In this document: positions 24,015 to 32,258 of the stretch, piece by piece
Layout of the letters: each line of letters starts with the position of its first letter
How positions within the stretch are numbered: the first letter of the stretch is position 1
Virus record (IMG/VR): IMGVR_UViG_3300038393_000409
Coordinates: 1-32,306 of that record
Origin: a virus
Lineage: Duplodnaviria > Caudoviricetes
Length of the DNA: 32,306 nt
Strand: one strand, 5' to 3'
The notes under the pieces: model-generated
Seen by the model: the letters and a program-made list of their open reading frames with translations, nothing else
Told to the model about the DNA's origin: nothing
Databases searched by the model: none
Program-made: the position numbers and the translations under genes

Positions 24015-25019
24015 ATGCTCATCATTGGTTCTCATGCACTCATTGCTCACGGCGTTCGTCTGGGGAGAATTCCCTCAGATGTTGACGCTATCGCTACGAT
24101 GGATGAAATCAACGATTTTCGAGATCGTCTTCGGGAAAAAAACATCAGTTTTCATGTTGATGATTCTCGACTGAAGAAGATTATCATTCATCTTCATGTG
24201 AGAGGTGCCAAGCCGATTGAGTTTGAAATCTCAGATCCGATCGAGAATCCAACTGGATGGGAACTAAAAAGAACAGACCGAGCGCGGTTTACGGAGTTTC
24301 GTGATAAGCTTTTAAACGATCTGTTTGGTGTCGTTCGTTTCGCAGACCCGAACGTAGTTCTAACACTGAAGTTGTCTCATCGCTACCTGAAGAACAATCC
24401 TCATTTTAGGAAAACGATGGACGACATCTTGGCTCTGAGGGGACTTGGTTACAGCGTACCCCCTGAGCTTCAGGATTGGTTCAAGAGACGTGAGAAAGCA
24501 ACGTACTACTATAAACACCCGTCCCTTGAACGGAATAAGAAGCAGTTCTTCTCGGGTGATGGTGTCGAGTACAAGTATGAGCACGACGACATCCATGCAG
24601 CTTTAGCCACTCTTCCAGATCCAGATTGGCCATTTTGCATGGATGAAGACATGCAAAAAACTTCTCCAGCGTACAAGTACTTTCAAGCCGACGGCGCAGA
24701 AGTTAAGACTGATAAGAAGAAGTTTTTTGATCTTCCAACGCACGTTAAGCTTTTATCAGTTCTTGAGGAGTCCTACGTTCTCGCTCTGGAGCGCAGTCAG
24801 ATTCCGTGCAACTTCGAGATCGCACCGAGGACTTCGTTCTTGATCGCTCTGGAGAAGGTCTGCACCTCGATTACCTCCGGATGGTGGAGGGAGTACGCCT
24901 GGGAACACTACTACCAAGTTCTGGCTATGTACAACGATGACTATGTAGCCCGCTTCATCAAGGCTGAAGCGGAAGGTCGAGTTCGTCTTTATCAGGGAAA
25001 CAAGGAATTAGTATCATGA
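24015..25019 (+). CDS. Pol-beta-superfamily nucleotidyltransferase-like protein with large helical C-terminal domain
   Basis: IIGSHAL...SDVD (hG[GS]-x-DxD) at the N-terminus; K.SHRY...F.K...D, HDDIH, EE..VLALER and LEKVCTSITSGW.R motifs. Confidence 0.7.
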   Translation: MLIIGSHALIAHGVRLGRIPSDVDAIATMDEINDFRDRLREKNISFHVDDSRLKKIIIHLHVRGAKPIEFEISDPIENPTGWELKRTDRARFTEFRDKLLNDLFGVVRFADPNVVLTLKLSHRYLKNNPHFRKTMDDILALRGLGYSVPPELQDWFKRREKATYYYKHPSLERNKKQFFSGDGVEYKYEHDDIHAALATLPDPDWPFCMDEDMQKTSPAYKYFQADGAEVKTDKKKFFDLPTHVKLLSVLEESYVLALERSQIPCNFEIAPRTSFLIALEKVCTSITSGWWREYAWEHYYQVLAMYNDDYVARFIKAEAEGRVRLYQGNKELVS

Positions 25020-25171
25020 ATACCGAAGTGATCGCAGTTTTAATCGTTGTTAGCGTTGTAACAGCTCTTGCAAAGCATGGCCTAATCAATGATGAGAATC
25101 TGTCTCAGGAAGAAGCTAACGTAATATTTGATTCAATATCCAAGGATATCGTAGCGATCTTGGGTGAGTAA
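25016..25171 (+). CDS. Small protein with hydrophobic N-terminus, 51 aa (not in ORF track)
   Basis: ATGA coupling, AAGGA RBS; MNTEVIAVLIVVSVVTALAKHG...ILGE*. Confidence 0.6.
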   Translation: MNTEVIAVLIVVSVVTALAKHGLINDENLSQEEANVIFDSISKDIVAILGE

Positions 25172-25172
25172 A

Positions 25173-25889
25173 ATGAAAACGCTTGCGATCGGTGACGTTC
25201 ACGGATGCCTTGATCAACTCAAGGCACTCATTGCAGCTTATGAAAAGAACTTTCCAAGTGAGGAGACTCGCTACGTCTTCATCGGTGACTACATCGACCG
25301 CGGTCCGGATTCAAAGGGAGTGCTCGATTTCTCTCGTCGTATGAAGGAGAAGGGAGAGACCATTCGCCTGATGGGAAATCACGAGAAGATGCTCTGGGAA
25401 GCGTACTTTGGAGACAATCACTCTCAATACCAGTGGCAGGCATCGTACGGTGATACGATGGACTCATTTGGAGTTCAGGAGATCTATAACATTCCTCGTT
25501 CCTACATCGAGGAGATGATGAATCTGCCGTATTTCTTTAACGATGGTCTGAGAACGTTCGTCCACGCAGGCATCCAGCGGAGCCTTCGTCTCTCGATGGA
25601 TACTCAGAACAAAGATTATATGGTCTGGGCACGCGATGAGTTTATGCTTGACAATCGTCTAGATGGCGGATTCGTCGTTCACGGTCACACTCCGCTACAC
25701 AGCGATTGGCCCGATCTTCACCATAACCGTCTTAATCTCGACACTGCGTGTGTATTTAATGGTGTTTTGACTGGAGCGGTGTTCAATGACGTCGACGTCA
25801 AGCCCACTCACTTTATTAATCATCATGGGTCTATTGTAGAAGTCGTTAATAAGCCTACACTGCAGGATTTACTTCAGAACAATGCGTGA
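25173..25889 (+). CDS. PPP-family metallophosphoesterase (Ser/Thr phosphatase/ApaH-like)
   Basis: GDVHG, GDYIDRGPDS, GNHE, FVHAG, HGHTP, DT(A) motifs. Confidence 0.92.
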   Translation: MKTLAIGDVHGCLDQLKALIAAYEKNFPSEETRYVFIGDYIDRGPDSKGVLDFSRRMKEKGETIRLMGNHEKMLWEAYFGDNHSQYQWQASYGDTMDSFGVQEIYNIPRSYIEEMMNLPYFFNDGLRTFVHAGIQRSLRLSMDTQNKDYMVWARDEFMLDNRLDGGFVVHGHTPLHSDWPDLHHNRLNLDTACVFNGVLTGAVFNDVDVKPTHFINHHGSIVEVVNKPTLQDLLQNNA

Positions 25890-26865
25890 CAAGAAGACTA
25901 TCTTTAAGATCAAGCACGGCTCGCATCTCTACGGGACGAATACTGAATCGTCTGATCTCGATCTGAAGGAAGTTCACCTTCCCTCGGGTCGAGACATTGT
26001 TCTGCAGCGAGCTAAGAAAGCCTACGACAACTCAAAGCCTAAGGAGCACGGCGAAAAGAACACCTCAGATGACGTAGATATCCAGAGTTTCTCGATTCAT
26101 AAACTATGCGATATGCTAGTATCCGGCGATATCATTGGTATGGAGATGATCTACGCTCCTTCTCAGAACATCATTTTCAAAGACTCCCTCTACGACATCA
26201 TTCTAGATAATAAGAACATCTTTCTTTCTAGGAAAGTAGACGGTTACGTAGGATACTGCAGGCAGCAAGCAAATAAGTATGGAATCCGAGGTTCACGTGT
26301 CGCGGCTGCCAGAGAAGTTCTTCAGACGCTCGAGTACTATGAAAGCATCTCTCCTAAGGAGAAGCTTCAGGAACTCTATATCATACTTCAGAATCTATCA
26401 GATAGCGTGGAGCACTGCTCGATCGCGAGCATTCCGAACGGCGCACACGGCACACACATGCTGCACTTCGTCTGCTGCGACCGTAAAGTTCCGTTTACGA
26501 TTAAGATCGAGGATGCTTGTAAAATCTACCGACGTGTTTACAATGAGTACGGTGATCGGGCAAAGCAAGCGGAGACGAATCAGGGAATCGATTGGAAAGC
26601 TCTATCGCACGCGATTCGCGTAGGTGAACAGGCGATCGAGCTTCTAGATACAAGTCAAATCACGTTTCCCAGACAGAACGCAGATAAGCTCTTGAGAATC
26701 AAGCGCGGTGAAGTTCCATATAAAGCGATAGCCGATGAACTCGATAAATTATTAACAGATGTTGAAGAAGCGAGCGCTCGATCTTCACTCCCTGAAACAG
26801 CTGATATGCGTAAGATCGAGGAACTAATCGTGGAACTCTATCGTCAGCAAGTAATTGGAGATTAA
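25882..26865 (+). CDS. Pol-beta-superfamily nucleotidyltransferase (RlaP/Nuc-transf-like)
   Basis: HGSHLYGTNT..SDLD, GY...QA.KY, DWKALSHA.R, LL.IK.G motifs. Confidence 0.85.
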   Translation: MRDKKTIFKIKHGSHLYGTNTESSDLDLKEVHLPSGRDIVLQRAKKAYDNSKPKEHGEKNTSDDVDIQSFSIHKLCDMLVSGDIIGMEMIYAPSQNIIFKDSLYDIILDNKNIFLSRKVDGYVGYCRQQANKYGIRGSRVAAAREVLQTLEYYESISPKEKLQELYIILQNLSDSVEHCSIASIPNGAHGTHMLHFVCCDRKVPFTIKIEDACKIYRRVYNEYGDRAKQAETNQGIDWKALSHAIRVGEQAIELLDTSQITFPRQNADKLLRIKRGEVPYKAIADELDKLLTDVEEASARSSLPETADMRKIEELIVELYRQQVIGD

Positions 26866-26931
26866 AAAGAATTCTCATATACGATGTATGGTTTAATATC
26901 GAGTCAGACTAAGGATGCAGGAGGCGATCAC

Positions 26932-27120
26932 TTGAAGCACAGAGTAAAGTTTACAATCAAGAACGTTGACGAGAGTGATCCAAACTTTAAACTGATAGAC
27001 GAGCGATCACAAAAGTTTAAGACGTTCAGCAGCGCGATGTCTTTCGTTCGTGAACTTAAAGCCCGTCTCTCCGGAAAAGAAATCTTAATTGGAACACCCA
27101 TGATTGAGGAATCGAAATGA
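26932..27120 (+). CDS. Small hypothetical protein
   Basis: AGGAGG RBS before the TTG at 26932; coupled to the next gene. Confidence 0.6.
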   Translation: MKHRVKFTIKNVDESDPNFKLIDERSQKFKTFSSAMSFVRELKARLSGKEILIGTPMIEESK

Positions 27121-27479
27121 AGTTCGAGAGTAAGTACGGCATTGGTGACGTCTTCTACTGCCCTCGTTCATATGAACGAGTGCGAGTGATCAAAAAAGAA
27201 ATCGATGGTGAAGTCTGGGAGAGGCAGGAAAAATATCTATCTCCTGAAGTCAAGATACGACGGATAGTTGGTATTGAAGCTTCAGTAAACGATCACGGTG
27301 AAGTCTCGATGTGCTACCGTTGCGAGACGAAGCGCGATCCAGCAGATGAATGGTCAGTTGAGGGAATTTTTAGAACTTTCACTGATGAAATGTTCGATCG
27401 CGCTTACGACAACTATGAGAGAGCTATGGATAAAGCTCATGAGTATGCCATTCATAAGAAGCGGGAGTACTTTGGGTAG
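27117..27479 (+). CDS. Hypothetical protein (SKY.IGD N-terminus)
   Basis: GAGG RBS, ATGA overlap. Confidence 0.65.
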   Translation: MKFESKYGIGDVFYCPRSYERVRVIKKEIDGEVWERQEKYLSPEVKIRRIVGIEASVNDHGEVSMCYRCETKRDPADEWSVEGIFRTFTDEMFDRAYDNYERAMDKAHEYAIHKKREYFG

Positions 27480-27486
27480 ATAAATA
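27479..27486 (+). promoter_or_regulatory. Late promoter variant GATAAATA for the spanin genes
   Basis: NATAAATA upstream of a GGAGGAG RBS and lysis-type genes. Confidence 0.55.
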
Positions 27487-27514
27487 CAAAGTACATGGAG
27501 GAGTCACATAAAAG

Positions 27515-27907
27515 ATGTTTTCTGGATTGTTAGCTCGAGTAGCAGCGTTTTTTGCCAGTTCTGCTATTAAATATTGGCTTATTGGAATCGGTGCCGTAGC
27601 GATTGTAGGTACAGTCGGCTGGATGTATTGGTCAGTCACACACACCGCGGCTGAGAATGCTCGACTCACTGCTGAAGTAGCAGCTAAGCAGCGCGTTATT
27701 GAGGAGCAGGATGAGACGATCGCTCACCAAAAAGCACTCATGAAGCTTCAGCAAGCGGCTTCTAAAGAACTCGATGATGAGATATCAGTTCTTGGTGATC
27801 AAGAACACTCGATCAACGAGTGGCTGCAGTCGCCCGATGTTCTAAAGCACGATCGACCCTCTTCGCTTATTCTTAAGAAGACTATTGAGAAACTAGGAGC
27901 TAAGTGA
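27515..27907 (+). CDS. Putative inner-membrane spanin (Rz/PseT.3-like)
   Basis: N-terminal transmembrane helix followed by a coiled coil; directly upstream of a lipoprotein gene. Confidence 0.65.
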   Translation: MFSGLLARVAAFFASSAIKYWLIGIGAVAIVGTVGWMYWSVTHTAAENARLTAEVAAKQRVIEEQDETIAHQKALMKLQQAASKELDDEISVLGDQEHSINEWLQSPDVLKHDRPSSLILKKTIEKLGAK

Positions 27908-27908
27908 T

Positions 27909-28205
27909 ATGAAGCGTATTTTAACTGCAGCAGTACTTGTGTTCTTGGCACTTCCACTAGCCAACTGTCAGACCACAAATCAAGAATCTCCAATGAGAAC
28001 GGTTGTAGTAGCTCCTCCAGTCAACCTCTATAAATGTCCGCTTCCTAAAAAGCCAAATACTGAGACACTGACTGATTCGCAAACGGCTGATTATCTCAAT
28101 CGCTTGTACAAAGCTAGAGCCACATGCGGTGCTTCTCTGAACTCAATCAAGCGTTATTCAAATCGTGCAGTAAAGGAGGTTGAGAATGCCTCGCACACTA
28201 GATGA
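27909..28205 (+). CDS. Putative outer-membrane spanin lipoprotein (Rz1/PseT.2-like)
   Basis: Signal peptide with LANC lipobox, Pro-rich APP..LYKCP segment, second Cys near the C-terminus. Confidence 0.7.
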   Translation: MKRILTAAVLVFLALPLANCQTTNQESPMRTVVVAPPVNLYKCPLPKKPNTETLTDSQTADYLNRLYKARATCGASLNSIKRYSNRAVKEVENASHTR

Positions 28206-28413
28206 TTTCGATGTTATTCCCGAGGAGCGCATCAGGAGCATGGCTGCGACTTCTGGACTGAGTGGGAAGAACTCATTTACGAGACTTCTGAAGATCGCCG
28301 ATGAATGGAGGGAAGCTGGGTGTACCCCTGTATTCATCATTGCTGATGATCGAGAAGAAGATATGGTCATTGGATGTGTTGCCGAGGAAACGTTTGGGCG
28401 GTACTTAAATTGA
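28186..28413 (+). CDS. Small hypothetical protein
   Basis: AAGGAGG RBS before the ATG at 28186. Confidence 0.65.
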   Translation: MPRTLDDFDVIPEERIRSMAATSGLSGKNSFTRLLKIADEWREAGCTPVFIIADDREEDMVIGCVAEETFGRYLN

Positions 28414-28426
28414 TATCCAATACCAG

Positions 28427-28541
28427 ACATCGGCATCTGACCATCCAATAAGATATGTATAAGGTGTATATTTCATTTGTTATTTAGGAAAAGTGAACGT
28501 TCGGAAAATATTTGCAATAAGCTATTTACATCGGCATCTGA
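28427..28541 (+). repeat. 14-bp direct repeat ACATCGGCATCTGA (x2) in intergenic DNA
   Basis: Copies at 28427-28440 and 28528-28541; the core CATCGGCAT also occurs at 22596-22604. Confidence 0.8.
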
Positions 28542-28555
28542 TCCGGATATAAATA
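28525..28555 (+). promoter_or_regulatory. Composite early/late promoter
   Basis: TTTACA (28525-28530)-N17-TATAAA; the -10 is also an exact TATAAATA (28548-28555). Confidence 0.7.
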
Positions 28556-28645
28556 CAATGCGGGTCGTGGAAAGCACAACAAAAAATGGAAACGATACTG
28601 TTTCGCCAACAAAAGGGTACGTCGATGTAAAAAACGGGTACATGC

Positions 28646-29182
28646 TTAATTGGGCAACAATAAGCTCTGGATAAGAAGTGTAGTCTTCGGATTACGCTTC
28701 TTTCCTAGTTTTGCGGCTCTCATTTTAGCTTTTGTTTCTTCACTATGCGGTTTACGTTTTTTGCCAGCGGTTGCTAAACGTAATTTTTCTCGATGTTCAG
28801 GTGATTTAGGATTTGGGCGTCCGCGTTTTTTAACACTAATTATCGCTTTAGCTTCTTCGGTGTGTTTCCATCCTCTGCGCCTACCTGTGATACTTACAGC
28901 TTTATTTGTATATAACGAATTTTTCACGACTTTTAATTTTTGATGAAAATATTTCTCTTTAGCTGATGCTTCTTCGTAATTAGAATATTGCGTTAAAATT
29001 ATCGTTTTGAATAATTCGGGATGATTTTTAATTTCATCCCACCAAATACTTCTATAATCGCGGGACGCAACTGATCCACGATAACCTTTCTCGATGCGTT
29101 TTATATCGCAGCAAACGCCGATATAGAAAGGTGGAAGGCGATTGCCTTTATAAATCGTTAAGTAAGTGCAAGAAATTTTCAT
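28646..29182 (-). CDS. Free-standing GIY-YIG/Seg-like homing endonuclease with NUMOD3 repeats (inverted)
   Basis: CTYLT.Y...PPFYIG...GY.GS, E...KE, YTN; KHTEEAKA, SPEHREKL and HSEETKAKMR motifs; AT-rich; minus-strand ATAAATA at 29187-29193. Confidence 0.82.
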   Translation of the reverse strand: MKISCTYLTIYKGNRLPPFYIGVCCDIKRIEKGYRGSVASRDYRSIWWDEIKNHPELFKTIILTQYSNYEEASAKEKYFHQKLKVVKNSLYTNKAVSITGRRRGWKHTEEAKAIISVKKRGRPNPKSPEHREKLRLATAGKKRKPHSEETKAKMRAAKLGKKRNPKTTLLIQSLLLPN

Positions 29183-29206
29183 TCGTTATTTATTATGTAA
29201 GCAGAT

Positions 29207-29235
29207 AAAGGAGAATCGAAAGGTTCTCCTTTTTT
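29207..29235 (+). terminator. Intrinsic terminator
   Basis: AAAGGAGAATC-GAAA-GGTTCTCCTTTTTT. Confidence 0.8.
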
Positions 29236-29260
29236 CGTTTCTGTAGTATTATCTTTTCTA

Positions 29261-29283
29261 GAGACTACGGCTTTTCCGGTCTC
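29261..29283 (+). promoter_or_regulatory. Candidate gp43 translational operator hairpin
   Basis: GAGAC-TA-CGG-CTTTT-CCG-GTCTC about 27 nt before the polymerase start. Confidence 0.4.
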
Positions 29284-29310
29284 GATTTCACACAAAATCA
29301 TTAGGATTTG

Positions 29311-31914
29311 ATGACCAATCACTTCTATACGTCTGCGCACTGTCGCAGTGACACCATCTACGTTCGTGGATATTCAAATGGTAAATCGTTTAAAGAAACC
29401 ATTGAGTACCAACCATATCTCTTTGCCAGAGATCCAGTAGGTGAGTTCAGAACACTCGATGGAGAACCAGTATCGAAGATTCACTTTGACTCAATTAAGG
29501 ACGCAAAGAACTTTGTTAAAGAGTATGAGCAGAGCCTCTCTCTTAAAATCTCGAACGCACCTGATCCAGAACCGTTCTTTGGTCTGACGAACTTTCTCTA
29601 TACGTATCTGAACGATGAGTTCTATGGGGAGATCAAGTATGATCCGACACAGATCGCACGTGTCTCAGTTGATATTGAGACTATGTCAGATTCTGGATTT
29701 CCCGATCCAAAGATCGCAGACAAAGAGATCACAGCGGTAACTCTGTCGCATCGTCAGAATGGTCAGACTAAGCGTCTGATGTTTGGTACTAAAGCCTATC
29801 GTCCCAAGCTTCCAGGCGTCTCTTTTTGTTTATGTGAAAATGAACGTGAGTTGATCACTAAGCTCTTGGAGATCTGGAACGATCCTGAATGGACTCCGGA
29901 TATCTTGACTGGTTGGTTCGTTGAGGGATTTGACGTTCCTTATCTCTTGAACCGAACTAAGAACGTTCTGGGTGACTCTTATATTAAGATGTGGAGTCCA
30001 TGGAGAATCGTTCAAGAACGTGACATCGTTCGTGGTAAGTCTCAGGCACGCGCTGGCAAAGACATTTCTAATCGAGTAGATCACGTATATGAGCTGTATG
30101 GAATCACAGTTCTGGACTACATGGAGCTGTATAAGAAATTCTCGTTTAAAAATCACGAGTCGTATAAACTCGATCACATCGCTTTCGTTGAACTCGGTGA
30201 GAGAAAGCTAGACTACTCGGAATATGGTTCACTTCATAACTTCTATGAGAAGAACTATGAAGGCTACATGGACTACAACCTCGATGATACGATCAAGATT
30301 GATAAACTCGATGATAAGCTGAAGCTTATAGATCTCGTCTTAGCTATGGCGTACTCAGCTAAGATCACGTATCAAGATACGATGACGACAACGCGTCCCT
30401 GGGACGTTCTGATCCACAACTTCCTTCTAGAACAGAAGATCGTAGTTCCTCAACAAGGAAACGTTGAGAATCGCCAGATCATGGGCGGGTACGTCAAGGA
30501 TACGGTTCCCGGAATGTATAAGTGGGTTGTGTCTTTTGACTTAAACTCACTGTATCCGCATATCATTATGCAGTACAACATCTCGCCGGAGATGGTCGAG
30601 AAAGTCATATCCGGGTGGGACTGCACTAAGATCGTCAATGGGATTCCCGTTATGGATCTCGATATGTTCCTTCTCAAGTGCAAGGAGTACAACGACGAGC
30701 TTGCACGTAAGGATGTGACTACATCTGGAATCGGTGTCTTTTTCAAGAAAGACGGCGTGGGATTTATTCCAACTATCATGAAGAAGTTCTATGATGGTCG
30801 AGTCGTCTATAAGAAGATGATGATCGAAGCTCAGAAGAAGTTCGAGGAGACTAAATCGAAGGAAGATGAGAAGGAGATTGCTCGGTGCTACAACATGCAG
30901 ATGGCGATGAAGCTCTTCTTGAACTCTGGTTACGGTGCATTGGCTAATCAGTTCTTCCGCTGGTTTGATCCTAACTTAGCTGAGTCTGTTACATCTTCTG
31001 GTCAGATCACGACGATGTGGATCGAGAGAAAGATCAATGAGCTAATGAATAAGCTGCTTAAGACTACCGACTTCGACTACGTCATAGCAGCTGATACAGA
31101 CTCCATCTACATCAACTTCGAACCCTTGGTGAAAGCCGTTGGTCTTGAGAACGCACCGCATGAGAAAGTTATCGATTTCCTTGATGTCTCGTGTAAGAGC
31201 AAGTTTGAACCATACATTGAGAAGTCGTTCGAAGAACTTCAGAAGATAGTCAACGCTCCTTTCCAGAAAATGAAGATGAAGCGGGAGATCATCGCGGATA
31301 AAGCAGTCTTCTCAGCTAAGAAGATGTACATCTTGAACGTCTGGGATTCCGAAGGTGTTCGCTACAAGGAACCTAAGCTTAAGATGAAGGGTGTTCAAGC
31401 AGTTCGCTCATCAACGCCGATGATAGTTCGTGATAAGATTAAGGATATCTACTCAATCATCATGAACAAAGACGAGAAGGAACTGCAGAATTTCGTTGAA
31501 AAGTTCCGTGAAGAGTTTCGTACATTACCCTTCACAGATGTTGCTTTTCCTCGTGGATGCAATAACATGGAGAATTTTAAAGATTCCTCTTCTATATATA
31601 GTAAGGGCACACCGATTCAAGTCAAAGGTGCTTTGATCTACAATCATTTGATCAAAGAGATGGGACTTGAGAATAAGTATGAACTCATTAAAGAAGGGAG
31701 TAAAATAAAGTTTGCGTATCTCAAGACACCTAATCACATTCACCAGAGTGTGATCGCGGTTAATGACGTACTTCCTCCTGAGTTTGAACTAGAAGATTAC
31801 ATTGATTATGATACTCAATTTGTGAAGACGTTCCAAGATCCAATCAGCAAGATCACTGATATAGTTGGTTGGAAAACTGAAGCGGGGAGTGGATCACTGT
31901 TTGACCTCCTCTAA
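29311..31914 (+). CDS. gp43: Family B DNA polymerase gp43
   Basis: ExoI DIET, ExoIII YNLDD, SFDLNSLYP, K..LNSGYG, ADTDS, KK.Y; uninterrupted 868-codon frame. Confidence 0.98.
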   Translation: MTNHFYTSAHCRSDTIYVRGYSNGKSFKETIEYQPYLFARDPVGEFRTLDGEPVSKIHFDSIKDAKNFVKEYEQSLSLKISNAPDPEPFFGLTNFLYTYLNDEFYGEIKYDPTQIARVSVDIETMSDSGFPDPKIADKEITAVTLSHRQNGQTKRLMFGTKAYRPKLPGVSFCLCENERELITKLLEIWNDPEWTPDILTGWFVEGFDVPYLLNRTKNVLGDSYIKMWSPWRIVQERDIVRGKSQARAGKDISNRVDHVYELYGITVLDYMELYKKFSFKNHESYKLDHIAFVELGERKLDYSEYGSLHNFYEKNYEGYMDYNLDDTIKIDKLDDKLKLIDLVLAMAYSAKITYQDTMTTTRPWDVLIHNFLLEQKIVVPQQGNVENRQIMGGYVKDTVPGMYKWVVSFDLNSLYPHIIMQYNISPEMVEKVISGWDCTKIVNGIPVMDLDMFLLKCKEYNDELARKDVTTSGIGVFFKKDGVGFIPTIMKKFYDGRVVYKKMMIEAQKKFEETKSKEDEKEIARCYNMQMAMKLFLNSGYGALANQFFRWFDPNLAESVTSSGQITTMWIERKINELMNKLLKTTDFDYVIAADTDSIYINFEPLVKAVGLENAPHEKVIDFLDVSCKSKFEPYIEKSFEELQKIVNAPFQKMKMKREIIADKAVFSAKKMYILNVWDSEGVRYKEPKLKMKGVQAVRSSTPMIVRDKIKDIYSIIMNKDEKELQNFVEKFREEFRTLPFTDVAFPRGCNNMENFKDSSSIYSKGTPIQVKGALIYNHLIKEMGLENKYELIKEGSKIKFAYLKTPNHIHQSVIAVNDVLPPEFELEDYIDYDTQFVKTFQDPISKITDIVGWKTEAGSGSLFDLL

Positions 31915-31928
31915 CAAAGGAAAGACTA

Positions 31929-32258
31929 ATGATAGCATTCTTACTTGTTTTAGCCACACTGTTCTCTACACCAGCGTTTTCAGAATCTCGCTGTGTTGTT
32001 GCTTCATATTATCACGAAGGAAAGAGAACAGCTAATGGAGAAAGGTTCAATCCAAATGGATTCACAGCAGCACATCGGACACTTCCTTTTGGAACTCGAT
32101 TGTACGTCACGAATCCTCGCACTGGAAGATCTGTCTCTGTTCGGATCAACGATCGTGGTCCGTTCGTTAGAGGACGGTCGCTGGATCTATCGGCGGGTGC
32201 CGCCAGAGCGATTGGTCTTACGAGACAAGGCGTTGGAAAAGTTTGTTATACGAGATGA
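31929..32258 (+). CDS. rlpA: RlpA-like double-psi beta-barrel lytic transglycosylase with signal peptide
   Basis: ASYY...TANGERF...TAAHRTLPFGT...V.VRINDRGPFV.GR.LDLS..AA..IG. Confidence 0.9.
   Translation: MIAFLLVLATLFSTPAFSESRCVVASYYHEGKRTANGERFNPNGFTAAHRTLPFGTRLYVTNPRTGRSVSVRINDRGPFVRGRSLDLSAGAARAIGLTRQGVGKVCYTR

Noticed and set aside
28650-28943. 97-aa plus-strand ORF downstream of the dual promoter
   Set aside because: It is antisense to the homing endonuclease, with no RBS or recognisable motif.
29311-31914. Intron, intein or split in gp43
   Set aside because: It is a single uninterrupted ORF of normal length with all motifs in order.
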